A stretch of 53,913 nt of DNA from Piptocephalis cylindrospora (taxonomy: Eukaryota), in the NCBI GenBank assembly GCA_003614145.1, contig KZ987729.1, positions 1 to 53,913 on the forward strand, read 5' to 3'. The notes under the pieces are model-generated. The model worked only from the letters and a program-made list of their open reading frames with translations, was not told where the DNA came from and did no database searches. The translations under genes were made by a program, and so were the position numbers. This document shows positions 11,817 through 22,506 of the stretch, one piece after another (within the stretch, counting starts at the first letter, position 1; each line of letters starts with the position of its first letter).

Positions 11817-13566
11817 CTACGGTCTCAGAGCAAGGACGGAAAGGGTCAGAGTACCTGCAATTGGATGGGTATCCACATAAGCCAATGAAATTCGACCTCG
11901 GAAGGATAGTAAGGATTGTCGCATCACATTCAATTTTCCGACATAGGTAGGATCCTTCCGTTGCATGGCCTGGACTAGCTCAGCAGGGCTCAGTCCCAGG
12001 TAGGATTGGATGACAGGGCTGGCGATCGATGCTTCTAGTAGCGTTCCTTCCTCCTGAGGATCCGAAAGTATGGCTCCAAGGGCGAAATTGTTCGCATCCG
12101 CTCGAAAGCCCTTTAAGGTAACAATGTTGGCTCGGACTAGAACTTCTTGGCCCTTTTTTGGCCTTGTCTCCGGATCCAGAAACATCTTTAAGGTATAAAC
12201 GGTCGTCAAGCCTACGAGGGAGGAAGGCGATTTCAATTAGAAAGGGCAATAAATTATCCTCAAGTCTCTGGCGTCGCTTAAGCCTACCAGCTTGAGTGAC
12301 GATCATGTCTGGATCCAAATCCTCCCCAAGATCCAGGCTAATGACCCCAGAAGAGAAATCAACGGCAGGCTCGGTGACGTCTGGAGCGGACAATCCTACC
12401 GGAGCAAAGTCTGTTCTCTGAGCCCTTGGCGGAGGAGGAGCCTGGGAAGGGGGTGTGTAGGATGTGGTAAAGGAAGAGGTGATATAAGCAGGAGGAGTCG
12501 AGGATGGGAGGGAGTGATTCAGGGCCTGTATGGCGCGTGGCGGGGAGGACGAGTGAGTCCAGGTGGACTCCCTGGATACGGGAATATTTCGATGACCGTA
12601 TGTTGTTATTGCAGCCGATTGACCAGGGGAAGGATGTGAGGACGACGCTGTTACCGAGGAGGGTTCTCTGGAAAACGACGAGGGCCCTGTTGAGCTGGAT
12701 GAGGAGGTGACCGTGGCAGTTTGCCGAGGCCGCGTTGCTACTCGATTTTCACCCCATGCAAAGCTATTTCGATCCAGAACCAGCACCGTTAGTCCGGGAT
12801 TTGGTGAGATTTAGAAAGAAAATGGGTGCGCAGGCTATGGTGATCCCAAAAAAGGATTGATAACTAAATTCATCCCCATGGTACTTACCCAAGCGACATA
12901 GCTAGGCGATGGGAGAGCGGGGGAGCTCTCCACTCCTCCGCCCATCCGCCAAGGACACGGGTGTTGGTTGGATCTAGTAGGGCTATACTTCTTTCCGTAG
13001 GGGCATCCGTGATGTACAACTGATTTAATAAGGGGGGGTAGCTATATTAGCAGAATATCCTGTTCGGATGACCTATCCATCCAGTTTACCTTAAGTCCCA
13101 ATGGACAGTAGATGGAGAGGCCAGGGATGGGGGAGAGCTCCAGAGCCATGATGGAATGGACTCCATCGCTTAGAGTAAGTAACGGGTTCTTCCTGGGTTG
13201 GGCCACCTCGCCTTGGTCCACGGCGCCGCGTGACGGCTTGGGGGCTTTCCACACCATTTTATCGCATAGGGCGTTCAGAACGGCAAAATCACCAATGCCC
13301 GCGTCTTTAGCGTCAATCACCTGAAGGATCCCGGTTTGAGGAAGGAGAGGTTCAGGTTCCGACGACTGGGCTGAAGGGAGGATGGGCTCAGAGGTGGTGG
13401 CGAGATCCTTGTGAAGGTATGCAGCTAGGATATCACGCTTCATTTGCTCGACAGGAGTCGACGGGAGTCCAGAGAGGGCATCAGAGAGCCACCCCTGCTT
13501 TGGTCTAGCGCCCTGCGCTACAAGGGCATCCCTTACCTGTTCTAGGAATGGGGGAGTACTGACCAT
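11817..13566 (-). CDS. RMI1: RecQ-mediated genome instability protein 1 (multi-exon)
   Basis: N-terminal helical domain and OB fold (YLHKDL, ILQV, LLTLSDG..IMALELSPIP..PLGLK), a low-complexity linker, and a C-terminal OB fold (AILSD...YLGLSPAE...LLSFRGRI). Confidence 0.82.
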
Positions 13567-13690
13567 GCTACGTGCCGTTTCTACTAAGGATACGACCAAG
13601 AGAAGAAATAAAGAACGAAAAGAAAACCTCAAGGAAGGAATATAAACAGAAGGATGATGCCAGGTTGGCCGACCTCCTAAAATACCCCTA

Positions 13691-13730
13691 GCCTACCCCG
13701 CTAAGGGGAAAATATAACGGTTTCATCATT
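13691..13730 (+). repeat. Partial copy (3' end) of ~200 bp dispersed repeat
   Basis: gcctaccccgctaaggggaaaatataacggtttcatcatt matches the 3' end of the long copies. Confidence 0.7.
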
Positions 13731-14310
13731 AGTGTGGGGCACATGGTGCCCACCCATCGGAAGGGCGAGCTCTCCTGGAGGATTATAATGTGAAAATGGG
13801 TATGAGATGTGCGAGTGTAATTGCAGAAAGGCATAAGAAAGCTTAAAGCTGCATACAGAATATGATCTGAGCCAGGAGCGCTTTGATCACAGGATACATG
13901 CTTGAGAAAGCTTATCCTAGAGACACACCGACCAGGGGAGAACCTGGCAAAGTATTTAACGCGGCGAAGCGAGGAAGACCACTCCCGCTCTGGGGCTCGT
14001 CTTTCCGTTTCTCTCTTTTCTTTCTTTCACCTTGATCCTCCCTTGGCTCGCGTTTCTATTTGATCCTTGATTCATTTAGTTGAATCATTTGGGTTGCCAC
14101 AATCAGGATGATGCCAGGCTTTGAAGCAGCGCCGGCTGCTCCTTGGGAGACAAACGCCGTTTCCACCTTTCTGCATATAACGGGTGCCATGAAATTTCAA
14201 TCCATTCCCCATGACGAAAACAATTTCAAGTATACCTCTAATCAGAGAATACGCACTGATATATCAAAATAAAATGAATATATTTGTCTGAGAGCTCTCA
14301 AAACTAAAAA

Positions 14311-14340
14311 GATGGTAATATAACGATTTTATTACCATCG
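14311..14340. repeat. Hairpin-forming partial repeat copy
   Basis: gatggtaata-N9-tattaccatc is a perfect 10 bp inverted repeat. 14314-14340 is 22/27 identical to the reverse complement of 51121-51147. Confidence 0.65.
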
Positions 14341-14417
14341 ATAAATCTACTTGATTTCCTGGTATCACTCCTGTCTGCGTATATGCAGGTAGACCTGATT
14401 ACTCTCGGGGATTCTTG

Positions 14418-14617
14418 TGGTGGAGAACGTTTCTTCGGGTGAAGGTAGGTTTCAGGGCTCTGTAGTATCCATCTATCCCTTCTTTAGCATAGGATACGCG
14501 TTGGGAGCATGATGCTCCTGGTACCACACATGCTAGCTATCTTAGCAGAGATCGTATTCGGATGCTCATCTGTCTACCCTAGTGGGGAAAATAAAATAGT
14601 TTTACCATCATCATCAT
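14418..14617 (+). repeat. ~200 bp dispersed repeat, copy 1
   Basis: Shares ordered blocks gtttcttcgggtga, tctgtagtatcc, tggtaccac, ttcggatg, ctaccc-N-ggggaaa and a (cat)n tail with 49119-49310 and the reverse complement of 51121-51311. Confidence 0.88.
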
Positions 14618-14858
14618 ATGCCAGTGGCCATTGTATTGGAGTGTCATTTAATCTACTTCAGATGGGGCTAATGACGGAACCGTTTCGCTATTATCATTAA
14701 AATAGCATTACTAGTAGACACCACATCTACTGCACGTAAGCAAGGGGGATCGGGTAGACGTCTGAAAATCCTATCCATTCATTTCCTCAGTAACCCAAGC
14801 CGCCAAATCCTATAACGTCTGCTTCCACTCAAATGCCTCTTAAGCATGCAAATGGAGA

Positions 14859-17800
14859 CTAAGCTGTAGTAATGGCGGTAAAGAGAGCCAGGTATACGTC
14901 CGCCTGGGGAATTTGATCGGCTAGGACAACCCTTTCATCATTCATCAAAACCCATCGATCCTCATGAACAATATCCACTACATAATGACCACAGTGCATG
15001 GAAGTTCCTCGGTGGGAAATGACGCTGGAGATCTGGTAGGATCCGGTTCCTGGAGGGTGGGAAGAGTATGAGTTAGCATAGAGGGGTGCTAGGGAGCATC
15101 TGCCTACCCTTACTCTTACCTTGACCTTGAGATTCAGATAAATCAGTGGAAAGCATCTCGGACTCCCCCTCATCCCCTTGGATCTCAGGATGGTTGAATA
15201 GCCAATCCACAGCCCTTTCCATATCCCCATTCTACATACACGCGATATGGTGAGGAAATGAGTGTACAAACGAAAAAGGATTGTCGTAAATCAAGGAGCA
15301 TTCGGAGGGGAAAAAAAAAATAAAGAGAGAGTGTAGGTAAGAAGGGTAAACTTACCGTCTCACGCAAGGCTACCTTGGCCTGACCAGGATTAAATCCTAG
15401 CTCGGTCAATGAAGCTATATGTTCTTCCGACACCTCCAAATTCGATCCTTGACCTCCAGCGGTACTTGGCAAAGGAGCATCAATATCTATGTGACAAGAG
15501 GGAAGTATAGGAAAGTGAGAGGACATCCTCCATAACTTATGTAGCCCTACACAACTCACCAGGGTCCTCCATATGCTCAAATAACCAATTCATTGCCACT
15601 TCAGCTCCATTGTTTCCCGTGGCAAGCAGGGCCCTTTGGCATCGGATCACGGGGAATCCCATGGATTCTAATTGCTGCAAGGCCATGGGATCCAATGAAT
15701 CCTTTGGCGCCGTTGAAGATGTGGTTTCCTCAGGAAGCTCTTCCTCCCCTTCCTGTTTCCCATGGCTCCGATAGGATTCGAGGGAAAGGGGTTTTCCGGG
15801 TTCGGGGAAAGAGATGGGAATGGCTTAAGGAATAGTTGGGAAAATATGAGAGATAAAAATACAGCATCCAATAACAAATGCATCCTTACCGAGCTTCTTG
15901 GGCACCCAGTTTTCTACCTCAAACCTTTGGAACACAAGAGCAAGGACCTTGGGAAATGTCTTGAACCTCGTGGACCTGTTTAAATGACAAATGTGGATAG
16001 GTATGGAGATGAGTAAGGCACATCCTATTTGCCTCATAAGGAAGATGAAGCCGTGTAGAGCAAATTATTTACTTGGAGGACTGAGTAGCTTTTTGGCATC
16101 TAGGACACATCCAACCCTCGAGGACCTCGGGGGCCACAAAGGCCTCCAAACACTCGGTAAGCCCCACCTCCTCATACTGAGCTGTACCCTCGGAACTGAT
16201 GAGGCGCTTGGGGACAGGAATCTGGAGCAAAGTGGTAGTGTCCGTGGTGTATCGAACCCCATGGCAGCTCAAACACTCTAGACGCTGTTCAGTTTGAAAG
16301 GAAAAATCCTTGGAAGGGTCTTGAGTTCCTTGACTACTGGCTTTAGCTTGTCGTTCAGTGGTGCGAAGGATATGCTGAAGGAACTCAGCAGCATCCTGTT
16401 CGTAGAGATGAAAGTGTTATTGATGATTGTTTATCCTGGAAAGGGCTTCTTCTAATCTACTCAATCTTCCAAGCGTATGGATAATCTTACCTGTTGGCGC
16501 ATGGTGGAAAACTCCTCGTGGCCTTCACCAATGAGTGACTTGAACATAAAGGGAGGGATGCCCTTTTGTCCTTTTCCTTCTTCCTCAGAGCGAGAAGCGC
16601 AGGGCTTGGACCCATATCGTCCACTCAAGACTCCATCGACTAGCTTTTCCATTTGACAATCCCAGCATTTGGCCGGATTCTCCTTGGTGCAGGACAGAAC
16701 ATGCTTAGTGAGAGATTTAGTAGCGTCTCCCGAATAAAACCTAAAAAGGGAGTTTGGAGAAAGGAAAGCGTTAAGCTGGGTCCATATTTCTAGATTCCTT
16801 CTCTCCCCATTCCTCCTCACTAAATTCCTTACGCATCCTGGAAGCCGCTCAGATGAATAAGAGATTGCATGACTGAGGCAAGATAGCAGCTGCTCAAGGG
16901 ACCGGGAAATGTGGAAGGGAGATAATATGGTATGAAAGGTGTGAGAATTTGGACCGAGGGGGGTAATCAACGCCTTTTACGCTTCCAATCTCCCTTTATC
17001 CCTCATATAGCAGTGAAACCTCACCTGTTACCAAGATTCTTGAAACCAGTAAGCCCAGGCCCAGAGATGGGGATCATCTGCTTGCCATCGCTATATTCCA
17101 TGCTAAAATCAAATTTGAGGTTTTGCTCCAATTGCTGAGGGTAAGACATATCATGGTGGGAGGAGGGAGAGGGGGAGCGACATAAGTAATAAGATTTCGA
17201 GGAATGAGGGATAGCTTTGCTCAAAGAAGAGAGGGATAAACTCACTAGTTCCGCCAAGCTTTTCTCCGTCTTGGTCTGGATAGAAACGTTGATTCCAAAG
17301 GGGGAAAGATGATCGGCAAGCCTCTTATCCACACGTTCATCATCACACTGGTAGCAATAGACATCTAAATAGCACACGTATGGAGGGTGGCTCAGTGAGC
17401 GGGAGAGTGATTAATTTAGACAAAAAACAATACTGCCTGAGCCATCCCTCAAGACAAGATGGCGCAGTGCAACACTTACCGGCAGAGCCTTCGGGAGTGA
17501 TGGTTCCCAGTTTGCAAGCCACCATATGGCCTGTGGTATGAAAATGGTCCAGAGCATGACCATTCCCTCCAATCCCACCAAACTGCTGACGACCACATCC
17601 CAAGGCACCGCAATGAAGGCAGATCCACAGATTCTCCCGGAGATCACATTGACTGCATTTGCTCAAATCTGGCACAAGGGACGATACAATGAGGTTAGAA
17701 AGGTTTATGCTAAAAAGAGGGAAATGAATATTATCTTACCAATCTCACTAGATGGAGTGGAGGAGGCAAGTTGATCCACGTGATCACAAGTCCCAACTTC

Positions 17801-18489
17801 TGCCTCCCAGGCCTTGACCTCGGTCCTTTGAGAGGCAGCCAAGGAATCTCTGATCCCTTGGACAACTAGGGCAATCTGAGGCGGGGTTTATCTGTGAGAC
17901 TTATCTCCTAAGAGGGAGAGCCGAGACACGCAAGTCTGACCAAATACAAGACGTGCCGCTTTCCTCATCTTTTCCTTACCTGGGGCTGAGTAGGGTCTGG
18001 GGAGGCGGATTGGCACTCATGGCAATAGATGCTGGTCTGATAATCGTACTTGACCTCCTGGGCTGCTGGGTCGATGGCCAACTTGGTCAGTTTGTTGGGG
18101 GGTGGGGTCCCTGCCTCCTCGTCCCCAGACCTTCCTGGATCAGCTTGAACAAAACGACGAATGTTCACACTTAGTGGATGACGCTTCAAGGAGGCATGAT
18201 GGGTAGCATGGGAAGCTCCCTTCCCTTCCGTGGGCATACAGCCCCCATTAAAGCAGTGGAGACACACTTGAACACCCCAGGGACCGTCCTGGGTTGATGG
18301 GTCATGGAGGTAGGAGTATGAGGATTGGACTAGAGAAAGATCGGGGATTGCTCATCACGGCGTTCAAGGATCCTCTCGTCTTACCTGATCATCAAAGCAT
18401 TGAGTACACTCCTCTCGATACACAACGGTGTTGGGTGAAGGGACCTGAAGAGAGGCCAAGAGCTCAGGAGTGGTATGTGGACAGGACAT
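14859..18489 (-). CDS. UBP14: Ubiquitin C-terminal hydrolase 14 / isopeptidase T (USP5/USP13 family), multi-exon
   Basis: MSCPH start, YREECTQCFD, ZnF-UBP (CSQCDLRENLWICLHCG..CGRQQFGG.GGNGHA), GFKNLGN/SCY Cys box, two UBA domains (MNWLFEHMEDP; AVDWLFNHP), HRGTSMHCGHYV His box. Confidence 0.95.
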
Positions 18490-20618
18490 GAGGACACGGA
18501 GGAAGGCGGAAAATATGAGGCTCAAGGTAGGAGTGGGGGAGAAGGAGAGGAGAATGAAGCAAGCAAGAGTAAGTTTAAGAAAGCCTGAGCAAGGAGAATG
18601 TGTCAGTATTCTTCGTACTTGATCTGGGTTCTCAGCTGGCTATGATGACGATAGCCCTTATGGGCAGACTAGTCGTGGGGGCACCAGGGACTTCAAGTAC
18701 CTCTAATTATTGACCCTGACGCGCATTCTTCTGTACATGCGCTCACACTTCATGACGATTATTTTTCCGTCCAGTCCTTACGCCTCAAGCTGGGGATGGG
18801 CGGTGGTGGGACATGACCAGATGACTAATCAGGCCTATTCATCCCCCATGAATTGGTCTCGTTTAATCCTTTCCAAGCGTGATGATTATGAATCAAAGAT
18901 ACTGACTTAGTATTATGGACATAAGTATGTCTATTGCGCCATGGTTTGACTTCATGTTAATCCCTAATGCTGATGTAGCTGCCAGGGATATGTGTATTCA
19001 TCAACGTTTACCTTTCATGTCACTCACATCTATTAGCGATAATTTGGGATTAAGGGATTAGCCCATGTATTTTTCATCACTATATTCCCTTGCTAATCAA
19101 GAAGCAGACTTACGTCCATGCAACAAGCCTTGCGTGAGCCGAATAGGCCTTTGGAACCGTTCTATGTTAGCAGGATCAAGTACATTCGGTATAGAAGAGC
19201 CAAAGCATTAACATAGTTATCTACTGATACCTCCAAGTGTGCCTTGAACGACTATTGGCCGTGTATTTTACCTTTAATCCGAGGATGACAACTTGATAGA
19301 AATGATATTCAGATATCCTCGGGCTCCCATCTCTACCACGCCCTTCCGGTGTTGGTCATGGGAAACACAGGACATAGTTCGCGTATTCATCATTCCTAAC
19401 ATATAGATGCGTCTATTCTCATCATGAACCATGGCATTAACAAGACCATTTTGGCCTCGACTGAGATGGGGAAATGTAGAAGGGTTGCCGCTTCAGGAGT
19501 CTAAGTCAAAACCTACAACACACCAGTACGCGATGGAGTACGATTTTTAGGGCTGATCAAGTCAAGAAACTTCCTACAGGAATATTTCCCTCCCTCCAGT
19601 GAAACTAATCTGGCGCATATCTAGAATAATCAGCCCTTCAATTCATTTAAGTATCCCGAACTTTTCATCAAAATAATGACGTCATGTAACCCTGCATAAA
19701 CAATTCCGTTACATTCAGTTGTTTCCGCATGCTCCTCTAATCTTTCGATGGGCTCTCCTAGAAACCATATTATTGAGGTTGTTCTTGATGGAGAGAGGGA
19801 GAGGGCAGTAGTTTCAGCGACTGCAGTACGGTACAAGAGGAATGGAAAAAAGGATTGGAGACCAGAGAAAGGCCCAAGAGAGGGAAGAAAAGGGAAAAGA
19901 TCTTCGCTCCACCTGCTCCTTTAATGCTCACCCCACTCATCCTACCTCCTCTGTGCCTCTACCTCTCTGGCTTTGATACGGCCATTTTGCGCCCCTCTGG
20001 CATGGTGTGATGAGTTTACCCCCCCCTCACACACACACACATATGATCAGTATCTTCTGATTAGACCTTCCACATTGATCCTTCGTAAAAGCGGCCTATA
20101 CACAGCTTGCAAAAGAAGAGCTCTTTGGAGCGGGGTGCTAGTCGGCCATGATCGTTTCTCTCCGAGTAATTTCGTGTCATATAAAAGAGACAAACTCTAC
20201 TTCTTTTGAAAGATAGCTCCGAATCTGCCTTACTAGAGAAGAATATACAGCCTCACTTTATCATCATTTAGGGAAAAGCCGAGCCCATACTTTATTGACT
20301 ATTGGATCCCGTGATGGATCCATTAGAGCTATTTATCCAAGGGCTAGATGGACACAGTGTGGTCAGTCTTATCTTACCAAGCCATACCATACACTCTAGT
20401 GACTTGGGGTGTAGCTCCGCTAGTCCCTGTTCGGGTGTCATCAATGGGCCACACACGCGATATGTTGTTGCTCGACCGAGTTAGAAAGCAGGGCAACAAA
20501 GCCTCTGTCTCTCGCCCCCGCTCAAATAGACTGACACCCAGACAGAGCTTTGCTCTCTGTCCTCACACTCACTCTTTTCTCGTCCGTGGTTCCGGCTTCT
20601 TCTCCCTCTTCCTCCTCC

Positions 20619-21863
20619 ATGCAGTTCATCAACTCCATCCTCTCTCCCAACCAGGCCTGCCCTAAGGAGTGCCCCGAATTCCTGAAGCGCCTCCGTCGGG
20701 AGTATCCCAGGGAAGAGCAATGGGACAGGTATGTTGGGGGAAAATTGCACGAGATCCGAACGATCGAGAGAGAGCTCCAGATGGAGGCCCAAGCTTTGGA
20801 AATGAGCAAGGCCACCACTGTGTCATCTCTTGGGGCCCTTTCCTCCCCGGGGATCCAGTTCCCTACGAGCACAGCCCCATCATCCCTGCATGCATATTCT
20901 AGCATGGCGGCCACCGCAGGCCTGAATCTGGAGTTGAATCGGTATATGGACATCTTGCCTTATGACCGTACCCGCGTCCACTTGTCCGAGGAGGCCTCTC
21001 GCCTCACTTCCCTTGTCTCCCCGGTTCTTCAGGGGCGAGTGTCAGATTACATCAATGCCTCCTGGGTCTCCTTCCCGGGCCGATGGTGGATTGCAACGCA
21101 GGCACCCCTCCCTCATAGCCTGGATCGATTTTGGTACATGGTATCGGACCAGGACATCAAAATTATTGTAAATCTGACTCCTAGTATAGAAAAGGGCCAT
21201 GTCAAAGCTCATCCGTATTGGCCTACTGAGGATAATCCCATTTTGGAATACGAGGGGGGCTTGATGGTCCATCACATCTCCTCGAGCCCATTTCCCCGGG
21301 CTCCCAAAGATATCACCGTCCGGAACCTAAAGATAATACGACCCATCTATCCTACTACCCCCACCATTCCACCTTCCTCACCCCTTCGTGCCTCGATGAC
21401 CCGGGGTATGCAGGGGGATACGAAGCAGGGGGAGGATGGCTCGATGTATGAGGAACGCCTTATTACTGTCCTTCATTATCACACATGGCCCGATCATGGA
21501 GTTCCAAAGGAACCAGCAAACTCTGTCCTTCATCTCCTGGATGAGTTGGAGGTTCTCAGCCCTGCTGAGACGGTGAGCAAGTCTCCAGAGGAAATCCTCA
21601 CTCCCCCCATTCTCGTCCATTGTTCCGCCGGATGTGGCCGAACTGGGACGCTGTGCGTCCTAGATGCCATTCTTCGACTGCTTCGGAGCCCCCAGAGCAA
21701 CGAAGCGGTTGAGGAAATGAAAAATCTGGATCCGATCGTTAGTTTGGTGGAGCGAGCCAGGGCAGCCCGGCCCCAGATGGTCCAGAGTGTTACGCAACTC
21801 CATTTTATCTACAATGTCGTGAAGGATTATTACACTAGCCCCCGGGATACCTTCTCCGAATAA
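20619..21863 (+). CDS. Classical protein tyrosine phosphatase (single exon)
   Basis: NRYMDILPYD, DYINASW, WIATQAP, WPDHG, HCSAGCGRTG and MVQSVTQ motifs; first ATG at 20619. Confidence 0.95.
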   Translation: MQFINSILSPNQACPKECPEFLKRLRREYPREEQWDRYVGGKLHEIRTIERELQMEAQALEMSKATTVSSLGALSSPGIQFPTSTAPSSLHAYSSMAATAGLNLELNRYMDILPYDRTRVHLSEEASRLTSLVSPVLQGRVSDYINASWVSFPGRWWIATQAPLPHSLDRFWYMVSDQDIKIIVNLTPSIEKGHVKAHPYWPTEDNPILEYEGGLMVHHISSSPFPRAPKDITVRNLKIIRPIYPTTPTIPPSSPLRASMTRGMQGDTKQGEDGSMYEERLITVLHYHTWPDHGVPKEPANSVLHLLDELEVLSPAETVSKSPEEILTPPILVHCSAGCGRTGTLCVLDAILRLLRSPQSNEAVEEMKNLDPIVSLVERARAARPQMVQSVTQLHFIYNVVKDYYTSPRDTFSE

Positions 21864-22506
21864 GCTTACTACAGGATTTAGGCTCCTAAATTTCTGACTG
21901 TGGTATAAGGGGGGAGGCAGCGAGCGGAGGAAGGTTATCTTGGAGACCCTGCTTTTTCTCCTCCCCACTCGAGCTGCCCTTGTTTTTGAATCTTCCGTTT
22001 TTTATATTTTGATTGATCAGGTACGCATTAGACGTTTTGGTGAATTTATATCTTAGTATCAAATCTAGAGTTGTAACAATACGTTTTGATGAATTGGTGC
22101 AGTCGGTCCTGAACACTGGCTGATTGAACTGGGGTGGGTGGCCTGTGTGGAGGGGACGCGTCACCCCGTTACTTGAATGAGGCTGGGTAGTAGTAGGGGC
22201 TACACACGTTTCTCTGGCCTCTTGCGTCCCCATCATACGGAGGGGTCATATCGCTTCGGAGATGCGCGCACAAAGCTTAGCTGGTCTTTAGTCTCTCTAC
22301 TCTATCCACCGGTGGCCCGTGTCAATACACTTTCCCCCTATCCTCTTGTCAAAGTATCTATTCTATCTCATTTCTTCACAAAAACCTTACTTCTTAGCCA
22401 TCTGCTGATTTAGCCCTAGACTTATACGGACATCACCACGCCCTGACAGCGCCTTGCTCTTCTGATTCCCAGAGGTGAACGGTCCAGATTGAGCATACTA
22501 TCACTG

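Noticed and set aside
16971..16980. GCCTTTTAC (U5 snRNA loop 1 motif)
   Set aside because: No flanking stem or Sm site; lies within a UBP14 intron.
18600..20500. Long intergenic region with short ORFs, an 8 bp hairpin (19279-19322) and a C/D-box-like pair near 18880
   Set aside because: No convincing spliced gene, repeat copy or snoRNA geometry found by eye.
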